A DNA stretch of 64,000 nt from an uncultured beta proteobacterium. Lineage in GTDB: Bacteria; Pseudomonadota; Gammaproteobacteria; Burkholderiales; Burkholderiaceae_D. The notes under the pieces are model-generated. The model ran no database searches. It worked only from the letters and a program-made list of their open reading frames with translations, and had not been told where the DNA came from. The stretch lies in the NCBI GenBank assembly GCA_963795885.1, contig CAWCJI010000006.1, forward strand, positions 195,474-259,473, in the 5' to 3' direction. This document shows positions 43,787-55,389 of the stretch, in pieces; the first letter of the stretch is position 1, and every line of letters starts with the position of its first letter. Made by a program: the position numbers and the translations under genes.

Positions 43787-45304
43787 ATGATGATCGAACC
43801 GACGCCGCAGAGTCAGCCCGACCGCCCTCGTCGTCCCGAACTCGATGACGGTCCCGCGTTCTGGAGCGCCTGTGTCGACCAGCTGCGCGCCGAGCTGCCG
43901 CCGCAGCAGTACGCGGCCTGGATCAAGCCGCTGACGCCGGCCACGTTCGACGTCCAGGAGCGGCGCCTCAAGATCGGCGCGCCGAACCGCTTCAAGCTCG
44001 ACTGGGTCAAGGCGCAGTTCGCGAGCCGCATCGAGTCGATGGCGCAGCGCTGGTTCGACGAGCCGGTGCAGGTCGAGCTGTATCTGGACGCGAAGCCGGT
44101 GGAGCCGGTGCGCCGCGAGGCCGACGCGTCCGACGGCTCGAACGGCGTGTCGAACGGCGCCGCGCACGGCTCGGCGCTGGCGCGCTCGCCGTCGTCGACC
44201 AGCACCGAGACGCTGCCGCGCGGCCTGTCCGCCGTCGAAGTGGCGAGCGTCCACATCGACTACGCGAAGTCCGGCTCGTCGGAACGCTCGCGGCTCAACC
44301 CGTCGCTGACGTTCGACACGTTCGTGACCGGCAAGGCGAACCAGCTCGCGCGCGCGGCCGCGAACCAGGTCGCCGACAACCCGGGCAAGTCGTACAACCC
44401 GCTGTTCCTGCACGGCGGCGTCGGCCTCGGCAAGACGCACCTGATCCAGGCGGTCGGCAACCAGATCGTGTCGCGCAATCCGACGGCGCGCATCCGCTAC
44501 ATCCACGCCGACCAGTTCGTCGCCGACGTCGTGCGCGCGTACCAGCGCAAGGCGTTCGACAATTTCAAGCAGATCTATCACTCGCTCGACCTGCTGCTGA
44601 TCGACGACATCCAGTTCTTCAGTCGCAAGGACGGCACGCAGGAGCAGTTCTTCTACACGTTCGAGGCGCTGACCGCGGACAAGAAGCAGATCATCATCAC
44701 CAGCGACACGTATCCGGCCGAGATGCAGGGCATCGACGAGCGGCTCGTGTCGCGCTTCGGCAGCGGCCTCACGGTCGCCGTCGAGCCGCCCGAGCTCGAG
44801 ATGCGGGTCGCGATCCTGCTGAAGAAGGCCGAGCAGGAAGGCAAGCCGATCTCCGACGACGTCGCGTTCTTCGTCGCGAAGCATTCGCGCTCGAACGTGC
44901 GCGAGCTCGAAGGCGCGCTGCGCAAGCTGTTCGTCCATTCCGAGTTCCACGGCCGCGACATCACGATCGACATGGCGCGCGAGGCGCTGAAGGACATGCT
45001 GAGCGTCCAGCGCGCGCAGGTGTCGGTCGAGAGCATCCAGAAGACGGTCGCCGACTTCTACAAGATCAAGGTCGCCGACATGTTCTCGGCGCGCCGCCCG
45101 ACCAACATCGCGCGGCCGCGCCAGATCGCGATGTACTTCGCGAAGGAGCTGACGCAGAAGAGCCTGCCGGAGATCGGCGAGCTGTTCGGCGGCCGCGACC
45201 ACACGACCGTGCTGCACGCGGTCCGCAAGATCAACGAGCTGCGCGGCAAGCAGCCGGAGCTGAACCGCGAGCTGCACGTGCTGCTGCAGACGTTGAAGGG
45301 TTGA
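43787..45304 (+). CDS. dnaA: Chromosomal replication initiator DnaA
   Basis: [44 protein letters not shown]. Confidence 0.98.
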   Translation: MMIEPTPQSQPDRPRRPELDDGPAFWSACVDQLRAELPPQQYAAWIKPLTPATFDVQERRLKIGAPNRFKLDWVKAQFASRIESMAQRWFDEPVQVELYLDAKPVEPVRREADASDGSNGVSNGAAHGSALARSPSSTSTETLPRGLSAVEVASVHIDYAKSGSSERSRLNPSLTFDTFVTGKANQLARAAANQVADNPGKSYNPLFLHGGVGLGKTHLIQAVGNQIVSRNPTARIRYIHADQFVADVVRAYQRKAFDNFKQIYHSLDLLLIDDIQFFSRKDGTQEQFFYTFEALTADKKQIIITSDTYPAEMQGIDERLVSRFGSGLTVAVEPPELEMRVAILLKKAEQEGKPISDDVAFFVAKHSRSNVRELEGALRKLFVHSEFHGRDITIDMAREALKDMLSVQRAQVSVESIQKTVADFYKIKVADMFSARRPTNIARPRQIAMYFAKELTQKSLPEIGELFGGRDHTTVLHAVRKINELRGKQPELNRELHVLLQTLKG

Positions 45305-45611
45305 TGGTGAGTCGACTTCGCGTTTTCGCGAGCACCGCTGTCATCCCGACCTTCACAGGCACGACGGGTCGAGGATGCGTCGCTCGTCGTCATCCGACCT
45401 GTGGACAAGCGCTGAACCCGCGGCGCATCGAATGTGCAAGACCGTCCCGATCGATCACACCCGCCGATCGGCCCACAAACCCCACGGCCCGGATACCCCA
45501 GTCACGCACAGGGTTGCCGTTTCGCCAAGCAGTTGATTCGTTTCCTCCGAACCGCGTTGTCCACAAGGTTGCGACCTCTCTATCAATCAACGTCTGTGAG
45601 GTTTAGAACAA
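45305..45611. other. Candidate oriC sub-region (dnaA-dnaN spacer)
   Basis: One-mismatch DnaA boxes TGTGGACAA (45400-45408) and TTGTCCACA (45557-45565) followed by a lower-GC stretch. Confidence 0.5.
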
Positions 45612-46754
45612 ATGCAACTCATCAAAGCGCCCCGTGACGCGCTGCTCAAACCACTGGCCACGGTCAGCGGGATCGTCGAGCGGCGACATACGTTGCCGAT
45701 CCTCGCGAACATCCTCATCAAGAAGGAAGGCGCGCGGGTCTCGTTCACGTCGACCGACATCGAGGTCCAGATCAAGACGCATGCCGACATCGGCGTCGTC
45801 GACGGCAAGGACGCCGAGAACACGGCCACGACCGTCGCCGCACGCAAGCTGCTCGACATCCTGCGAGCCCTGCCCGAGAGCGGCGAAGTGACGCTCTCCA
45901 CCACCGCGAAGAAGATGACGGTGCAGTCGGGCAAGAGCCGCTTCAACCTGCAGACGCTGGCCGCCGACGACTTCCCGACCGTCTCGCAGCCCGAGAGCTA
46001 TCTCGCGAGCTTCACGTTGCCGCAGAAGACGCTGAAGCACCTGATCGCGATGGTCCATTTCTCGATGGCCCAGCAGGACATCCGTTACTACCTCAATGGT
46101 TTGCTCCTCGTCGTCGACGGCAAGCAAGTCATTGCGGTTGCAACGGACGGCCACCGGCTCGCGTACTGCGCGGTCGAGACCGACCTGAATCCGGGCGCCG
46201 CATCGAACGGCGCGGCCGAGCGGCACGAGGTGATCGTGCCGCGCAAGAGCATCCTCGAGCTGCAGCGATTGCTCGGCGACGGCGACGAGCCGGTCACGAT
46301 CGACCTCGCGCCGAACCAGGTGCGCTTCACGTTCGACAACGTCGAGCTGATCAGCAAGCTGGTCGAAGGCAAGTTTCCCGACTACCAGCGCGTCATCCCG
46401 AGCGGCTACAGCAAGAGCTTCGACATCGCGCGCGACGACTGGCTGCGCGCGCTGCAGCGGGTCGCGATCCTGACGAGCGACAAGTTCAAGGGCGTGCGCT
46501 TCGTGCTGTCCGAGGACGCGGTCAAGATCAGCTCGACCAACGCGGACCAGGAAGACGCGCAGGACGAGATCGAGATCACGTACCCGCACGGCACGCTCGA
46601 CATCGGCTTCAACGTCTCGTACCTGCTCGACGTGCTCAACAACCTGAAGAGCGAGCAGGTGACGGTGTCGGTCGGCGACTCGAACTCGAGCGCGCTGATC
46701 ACGCTGCCCGGCGAGGAGGCGTTCAAGTACGTGGTGATGCCGATGCGGATCTGA
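45612..46754 (+). CDS. dnaN: DNA polymerase III beta clamp
   Basis: VERRHTLPILAN, QDIRYYLNG, VATDGHRL, GKFPDYQRVIP, YVVMPMRI. Confidence 0.98.
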   Translation: MQLIKAPRDALLKPLATVSGIVERRHTLPILANILIKKEGARVSFTSTDIEVQIKTHADIGVVDGKDAENTATTVAARKLLDILRALPESGEVTLSTTAKKMTVQSGKSRFNLQTLAADDFPTVSQPESYLASFTLPQKTLKHLIAMVHFSMAQQDIRYYLNGLLLVVDGKQVIAVATDGHRLAYCAVETDLNPGAASNGAAERHEVIVPRKSILELQRLLGDGDEPVTIDLAPNQVRFTFDNVELISKLVEGKFPDYQRVIPSGYSKSFDIARDDWLRALQRVAILTSDKFKGVRFVLSEDAVKISSTNADQEDAQDEIEITYPHGTLDIGFNVSYLLDVLNNLKSEQVTVSVGDSNSSALITLPGEEAFKYVVMPMRI

Positions 46755-46938
46755 TGCGCTGGAGTCGAACGACGCCGGGATCCGCGTTCGCGGGAACGAC
46801 GTCGGCAAAGCGTTCGATCGCGGAGCAATGGCAGCAGTTCGACGCGTCGCGCGACCTCGCGAGACGCGGGATGAGGGGTCCGGACCGTCGCATTCGACGC
46901 GTTCGCCCTCACATTCGAGGTTCCCGTAACGAAAGAGA

Positions 46939-49664
<2,726 letters not shown>

Positions 49665-49680
49665 GCCGCGGCGTTAATAG

Positions 49681-49710
49681 ACAAAAGGGCCGCACTAGCG
49701 GCCCTTTTGT
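49681..49710. terminator. Bidirectional intrinsic terminator
   Basis: Perfect 13-bp inverted repeat ACAAAAGGGCCGC-acta-GCGGCCCTTTTGT between convergent genes. Confidence 0.9.
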
Positions 49711-49728
49711 TAAGAGTGCGTCGACTCC

Positions 49729-49752
49729 GGCTGCTTTCGACCCAGAGCGGAC
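49729..49752 (-). repeat. Left 24-bp hairpin-like element flanking the esterase gene
   Basis: Minus strand GTCCGCTCTGGGTCGAAAGCAGCC; 18/24 identical to 50862-50885 in inverted orientation. Confidence 0.6.
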
Positions 49753-49787
49753 CCTCGAAGCCGCGCGTAATTGTCCCCTGCCAGCCT

Positions 49788-50765
49788 TCATTGACCAATC
49801 GCACGTCGCTTGCTCTTAAAGAAATCCCACACTTCCTCGGCGGTATCGACGTCATGATTCATCTCACCGACCAATTTACGAAGCAGCCACGGAAGTTCTC
49901 CATCCTTCGATGCTTCGGTATGGCCACCGCCATCAATCCTGAGGAACTCGACCTGGATTTCCGTGGAGGCTGTCCCCCAGACATAACGCGTTGCCGATGT
50001 CGCGTCATTCGGATGTAGGTGCGGAAAGCGATACACGGCCGGCGTCTCGCGCAACCCGGCCAACTCTCGCCAGACCGCCACCGATTCCTCGGCGCTGATC
50101 CCGCTTCCGCGTCCCTGCAAAGGCCAATGACCAACCGCACCGCCGGCATAAGGCGCGATCTGGTCGGCCGTTCCATGAGAGATGAAGACTGAAAGGGGAC
50201 GTGAAGGGAGCGGGCAGGCGCTCTGAACCGGCATGAGTCCGCTCTGCACTCCGATGGCAGCAATCCGTGGCGCCAACTCGATCCCGACCCGGTAAGCCAT
50301 GCCACCCCCATTGGAACCGCCGAACACATAGATGCGTTCCGGATCTGCATTGAACTGTGCGAGCGCGGTGTCGATGAGCGCGGCGATGAGTCCGACGTCG
50401 TCGGTGGTCGCGTTGGTCGTGGCATCGCCACGACAGTCGTTCCATGCGGTTTTGCCGTCGCTGGCTTTCACGCCGTCAGGGGCGATGATCAGGACATTTT
50501 CGCGTTCCGCCAACCGAGGCCATTCCTGCGTCCTGTAGCCGCCGAACGAGGCGAGACCGAGCATCATGGCTGCCGTGGCGCCATGGCCGTGCAGGAGGAT
50601 CACGACGGGTCGCTTTGACTTCGGCTTTCCTTCCGCCTCGGCGACGATGTAGTGCCGCGCTCCCTCCGGACGCGCGATTGCGTAGTCAGTGATAGTCACG
50701 GCGAACGCAGGACCAGCCAAGCCGAGGCCGATGAGGAAGGCACACCACGATCTACAAGGCGCCAT
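49788..50765 (-). CDS. Exported alpha/beta hydrolase (LpqC/PHB depolymerase-like esterase)
   Basis: Signal peptide, VILLHGHG, WND, DDVG, GGSNGG, HGTAD, GGGH; lower GC and non-host codon usage. Confidence 0.88.
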   Translation of the reverse strand: MAPCRSWCAFLIGLGLAGPAFAVTITDYAIARPEGARHYIVAEAEGKPKSKRPVVILLHGHGATAAMMLGLASFGGYRTQEWPRLAERENVLIIAPDGVKASDGKTAWNDCRGDATTNATTDDVGLIAALIDTALAQFNADPERIYVFGGSNGGGMAYRVGIELAPRIAAIGVQSGLMPVQSACPLPSRPLSVFISHGTADQIAPYAGGAVGHWPLQGRGSGISAEESVAVWRELAGLRETPAVYRFPHLHPNDATSATRYVWGTASTEIQVEFLRIDGGGHTEASKDGELPWLLRKLVGEMNHDVDTAEEVWDFFKSKRRAIGQ

Positions 50766-50861
50766 GCCGTACCTCTTTGCGATTGAAGGCGGAGGCTTGC
50801 ATCTTGTTTTTTTTGAAACTCGAGCCGGGCGTGAAGAAGGGAGAGCAAGATTGGCGCATAT

Positions 50862-50885
50862 GACCGCTCCTGGCCGAAAGCGGTC
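50862..50885 (+). repeat. Right 24-bp hairpin element flanking the esterase gene
   Basis: GACCGCT-cctggccgaa-AGCGGTC, 7-bp perfect stem with 10-nt loop. Confidence 0.65.
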
Positions 50886-51087
50886 CTTCGACCGATCGCC
50901 TTCGCGTCGTCAGTGACAAAGAAGAAGCTGCTCGCATCGCGTCACCTTGCTGACGACGTGCGGCTCACTAAGGCGACCCTCTCGCTTTTTGAAAAGGTCA
51001 TTCCCCGTTCCCCCATCTAGTCCCACCCCGCGTTCCTCCCTAAATTGACCACACACCGGAACACCCCGGCCAACCCAGGAGAACGCG

Positions 51088-51636
51088 ATGACCCGCCTCA
51101 ACACCCCCACCACAATCGAAGCCGCGCCGATCAAGTCGCAACCGCTGCTCGAAGCCGTCAAGCGGCAACTCGGCGTGGCCCCGAATCTCTTCCGCGTCGT
51201 GTCGAACAGCCCCGCGGCGCTCGAAGGCTACATCGGCCTGTCCGGCGCGCTGGCCAAGGGCTCGCTGCCGGCCGCGACCCGCGAACGGATCGCGCTCGCG
51301 GTCGCCGAGATCAACGGCTGCGACTACTGCCTCGCCGCGCACACCTACCTCGGCCGCAACGTCGCCAAGCTGTCCGATGCGGAGATCGTCGCGAATCGCC
51401 ATGGCCGCTCGACCGATGCGAAGGCCGATGCCGCCGTCCGCTTCGCCGCGTCGGTCGTCGAATCGCGCGGTCACGTCGACACGAGCGCCGTCGACGCGGT
51501 GCGCGCGGCTGGCTACGACGACGCGCAGATCGTCGAGATCGTCCTGCACGTCGCGCTGAACACGTGGACGAACTATCTCAACGAAGTGGCCGGCACCGAG
51601 ATCGACTTCCCGCAAGCCGAACGTCTCGCCGCCTGA
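51088..51636 (+). CDS. AhpD/carboxymuconolactone decarboxylase family protein
   Basis: RERIALAVAEINGCDYCLAAH (CxxC), NYLNEVAGTEIDFP; AGGAG SD. Confidence 0.92.
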   Translation: MTRLNTPTTIEAAPIKSQPLLEAVKRQLGVAPNLFRVVSNSPAALEGYIGLSGALAKGSLPAATRERIALAVAEINGCDYCLAAHTYLGRNVAKLSDAEIVANRHGRSTDAKADAAVRFAASVVESRGHVDTSAVDAVRAAGYDDAQIVEIVLHVALNTWTNYLNEVAGTEIDFPQAERLAA

Positions 51637-51701
51637 ATGCCGTGCCGGCTTCGGTGGGCGACCCGCGTCGCCCGTCGGAACGCCGCGTCGAGGAGTCCGC
51701 C

Positions 51702-52349
51702 ATGAACACCGTCATCGATCCGTCCGTCGTCCCGTTGTCGTCGTCGTCGTCATCGTCGTCCGCCGCGCCACGCCCCGGCTTCAGCGCGACCACGAAGGCC
51801 GTGCAGTCGCGCAAGGGCTCGCGCCAGGCTTACGCGAAGATGGAGGAACGCGGTGGTTGGCGGCAGGCGATCTCCGACGACCTGCGTGCGTTCATCGAGG
51901 CGCAGACCAGCGTCTTCCTCGGCACGGCGGACGCTGACGGCCAGCCGTACATCCAGCATCGGGGCGGCCCGCGGGGGTTCCTGCGTGTCGTAGACGACCG
52001 CACGATCGCATTCGCGGACTTTGCGGGCAACCGGCAGTTCATCACGCAGGGCAACCTGTCCGACAACGACCGCGCGTTCCTCTTCCTGATCGACTACGCC
52101 GCGCAGGGGCGCTTCAAGATCTGGGGCCATGCACGCGTGATCGAGGACGACGATGCGCTGCTGCGCGACCTGATGCCGGCCGGCTACCGCGCGCGCGGGG
52201 AGCAGGTCGTCGTGTTCACCGTCGACGCGTGGGACGAGAACTGCTCGCAGCACATCCCGCAACGCATCGACGCCGCCGACGTGCGGGCGGCGCTCGCCAA
52301 GCGCGACGCCCGCATCGCGGACCTGGAAGCACGTCTCGCGATGCGCTGA
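51702..52349 (+). CDS. Pyridoxamine 5'-phosphate oxidase family FMN-binding protein
   Basis: PYIQHRGGPRGFL, ADFAGNRQFITQGNL, WDENCSQHIPQR; GAGGAG SD; poly-Ser tract near the N-terminus. Confidence 0.9.
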   Translation: MNTVIDPSVVPLSSSSSSSSAAPRPGFSATTKAVQSRKGSRQAYAKMEERGGWRQAISDDLRAFIEAQTSVFLGTADADGQPYIQHRGGPRGFLRVVDDRTIAFADFAGNRQFITQGNLSDNDRAFLFLIDYAAQGRFKIWGHARVIEDDDALLRDLMPAGYRARGEQVVVFTVDAWDENCSQHIPQRIDAADVRAALAKRDARIADLEARLAMR

Positions 52350-52535
52350 TCGCTGGGCTTTGCGATCGCGCACGTCGCGGCGCACGGGCCGTCATCGTGT
52401 GCGTGTGGAATCGAGGGGCGCGTCGATCGGGAATGCTCTTCGATGCGCGCCTCTCCGACCACGCGGTCGTGCCGCGAGACGACGGGCCGACGGCTGCCGT
52501 ATCGTTCCAGCGGCCACGCACGCTTTCGTCGACCC

Positions 52536-53444
52536 ATGATCCCGATCTATCCCTTCACGCCGCAATCGGTCAGTGGCGTGGCCGTCGAGGTCTAGGTGCT
52601 CGACGCCCACCACTGCCTGCACGAGCTGCCCCCGCACGGCCACGCGTTCTTCGAGCTGATGCTGATCACCGCGGGTCGCGGCGTGCATCGCGTGGACGGC
52701 CGCGCATTCGACGTCGCGCGCAACACGCTCTTCGTCCTGGCGCCGGGTGCGACGCACGACTGCCGCGAGCTCGCGTCGGCGCGGGGCTGGGTCGTGCTGT
52801 TCGACGGCGACGCCGTCGGGGCCGGTGACGATGGCGCCTTCGCGGCGTCGGCGGGACTGTCGCTCAAGGAGCGGTCCGCGTCGCGATGGACCGCGGTCAG
52901 CGGACCGATCCGGCTCGACGACGCGGCCGCCCGGCGCATCGCGCACGGCTTCGAACGGATCCATCGAGAACTCGCGGAGCGTGCGCCGGACTACGCGGCA
53001 GCGGTGCGCGCCGCGCTCCACCTGCTGCTCGTCGACGTCGGTCGCTGCGTCGATGCCCAGCGGCCGTCGCCGGCCGAGCCGGCCAGCGCGGCGCAGCGCG
53101 AGGCGGTCCGACGGATCTTCGCGGACATCGACCGGCACTTCGCGTCCGCGTCCGCGCTGTCGATGGCCGGTCGCCGGCTCGGCATGAACGCCGCCTATCT
53201 GACGACGCTCCTGCGGCGCACGACGGGCCGCACGTACGGCGCGTGGACGATCGAGCGTCGCATGTCGGAGGCCCGCAAGCTGCTGACCGGCACGCGGATG
53301 CGCGTGGCCGACGTCGCCGATCGCGTGGGGTACGCGGAGGCCGAATCGTTCGCCCGACGCTTTCGTGTCCACCACGGCGTGTCGCCGTCGTCGTGGCGGC
53401 GCCGGGCGCAAGGTTCGGATCGCGAAATCGCGGACAGGGAATGA
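52536..53444 (+). CDS. AraC family regulator with cupin domain; in-frame TAG at 52593-52595 (or GTG start at 52596)
   Basis: PHGHAFFEL, G-x-H cupin motif, YLTTLLRRTTG, VADRVGY, FARRFRVHHGVSPSSWR. Confidence 0.85.
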
Positions 53445-53512
53445 GAAAGCGGCGACCTGTGATCGGCGGACCGGGCGCTCGACAATGGCATTCCGATCGA
53501 TGGAGGTCACCG

Positions 53513-54349
53513 ATGCGAGTCGTCATCCGGATCAGCGCTGTCTTCGCGCTTCTGCTCGGCCTCGCCGCGGCGGGCGTCGCCGACGCCGCGGGCACGAGCA
53601 TCACGTGGTACGGGCAGTCGGCGTTCATCGTCACGACGCCGAAGGGCCACGTGCTGCTCTTCGACCCGTGGTTCGCGAACCCGATGAATCCCGACGGGGA
53701 CAAGGTCGCCGACCGGCTCGACCGGGTCGACCTGATCCTCGTCAGCCACGGCCACTTCGATCACGTCGGCGCGGCGACTGCGATCTCCCGCCGGACCGGC
53801 GCGAAGCTCGTCGCCTCGCTCGATCTCGGCGAGGCACTGGCCCGTTACGGCGGCTTCCCGAAAGAGAACATGAGCTACGAGACGCTCGGCAACGCCGGCG
53901 GCGTGCTGACGTTCCTCGACGGCGAGGTGCAGGTCCTGATCGTTCCGGCGGTGCACAGCTCGCACGTCAGCGGCAAGGACCTCGGGGTCAACGACGATGC
54001 CGAGGCGCACTGGGGCGGCAACGCGTCGGGCTTCGTCGTGCGGATCGCCGGGGGTCCGACGATCTATCACACCGGCGACACCGACCTCTTCGCCGACATG
54101 GCGCTCGTCTCGCGATTCGCGAAGGTCGACGTGATGCTGGTCTGCATCGGCGATCACTTCACGATGGGGCCGGCCCGGGCGGCCGACGCGGTGGCGCTGG
54201 TCAAGCCCGCACGGGCGGTCCCGATGCACTACGGGACGTTCCTGCCGCTGATGACCGGCACGCCGGATCGCTTCCGCGAGGAGCTCGTGCGGCGCAGGCT
54301 CGGCGCGCGCTACGCGCCGATGACGGTCGGCACGCCGGTCGACTACTGA
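53513..54349 (+). CDS. Exported MBL-fold metal-dependent hydrolase (UPF0173-like)
   Basis: Signal peptide, TWYGQS, SHGHFDH, YHTGDT, PMHYGTF; GGAGG SD. Confidence 0.9.
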   Translation: MRVVIRISAVFALLLGLAAAGVADAAGTSITWYGQSAFIVTTPKGHVLLFDPWFANPMNPDGDKVADRLDRVDLILVSHGHFDHVGAATAISRRTGAKLVASLDLGEALARYGGFPKENMSYETLGNAGGVLTFLDGEVQVLIVPAVHSSHVSGKDLGVNDDAEAHWGGNASGFVVRIAGGPTIYHTGDTDLFADMALVSRFAKVDVMLVCIGDHFTMGPARAADAVALVKPARAVPMHYGTFLPLMTGTPDRFREELVRRRLGARYAPMTVGTPVDY

Positions 54350-54365
54350 TCCGACGCGAACGAGG

Positions 54366-55277
54366 TCACAGCACCTGCGCCACGCTTCGCAGCCGCTCCG
54401 ACAGCCGCGTCCCGGCGTAGTCGAGAAAGACGCGCAGCTTGAGCGGCACGCGGCGATTGCTCGGATGCACGAGGTTCACCGGCATCGGCGCCGGCTCGAA
54501 CGCGCGCAGGACCGGCACGAGCGTCCCGGCGGCGACGGCGTCGGCTGCCTGGTACGACGTCACCCGCGCAAGGCCGAGTCCGGCCTGCGCCGCCTCGACG
54601 GCCGACTCGGGCAGCGTCGTCGTCAGGCGCACGTCGATCGGGAACATCGCCTCCTGCCCGTCCACCGTGAACGCCCACGCGTTGCGCGGGCCGAGGCCGG
54701 TCCACTGGATGCAGTGATGCCGCGTCAGGGCCGACGGATGGTCCGGCTCGCCCGCGCTCGCGAGATAGCCGGGTGATGCGACGAGGACCATCCGGATCTG
54801 TCCGAGCAACCGCGCGACCAAGCTGCTGTCGGGCAGTTCGCTGATGCGCACGGCGACGTCGACGTGGTCGTCGACGAGGTTGACCAGGCGATCGACGAGC
54901 AGCAGACGCAGGTCGATCTCGGGGAAGTCGCGGAGGAAGTCGAGCACCACCGGCTGCAGGTGCCGGCGACCAAAGCCGATCGGCGCGGTGACGGTGAGCT
55001 CGCCCTTCGGCGATCGATGCTCGCCGGTGACCGTCTCGTCGGCGTCGCGCAGGTCGTCGAGCAGGCGGATGCAGGCGTCGAAGTAACCCTGCGCGATGTC
55101 GGTGAGGACGACCTGTCGCGTCGACCGTTCGAAGAGCCGCACGCCGAGCGATGCTTCGAGCTCGGCCACCTTGCGGCTCACGGTCGCGAGCGGCAGCCCC
55201 AGGGTGCGCGACGCGGCCGAGAAGCCGCCGGCGCGCGCGACGGCGACGAAGACCTGGAGCGACTCGAGCTTGTCCAT
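54366..55277 (-). CDS. LysR family regulator
   Basis: FVAVARAGGFSAASR, LEASLGVRLFERSTR, DVAVRI. Confidence 0.93.
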   Translation of the reverse strand: MDKLESLQVFVAVARAGGFSAASRTLGLPLATVSRKVAELEASLGVRLFERSTRQVVLTDIAQGYFDACIRLLDDLRDADETVTGEHRSPKGELTVTAPIGFGRRHLQPVVLDFLRDFPEIDLRLLLVDRLVNLVDDHVDVAVRISELPDSSLVARLLGQIRMVLVASPGYLASAGEPDHPSALTRHHCIQWTGLGPRNAWAFTVDGQEAMFPIDVRLTTTLPESAVEAAQAGLGLARVTSYQAADAVAAGTLVPVLRAFEPAPMPVNLVHPSNRRVPLKLRVFLDYAGTRLSERLRSVAQVL

Positions 55278-55389
55278 GGCGTCTCGGAAGAGGGGACGGC
55301 GGTCCGGCCGAGGCGACTCATCGGGATCGGGCGAGCGCGCCTGTCGGATGCGTTGCTAGTCGACCGGCCCGCCGCGCGCGCGGGGTGAC

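Noticed and set aside
50913-51020. 35-codon ORF (VTKKKLLASRHL...) and a T-N11-A LysR-like site at ~50980-50994
   Set aside because: No SD or homology evidence for the ORF; T-N11-A alone is too degenerate to call.
51738-51761. (TCG)n tract encoding eight serines
   Set aside because: Interrupted trinucleotide repeat that keeps the frame; no phase-variation potential.
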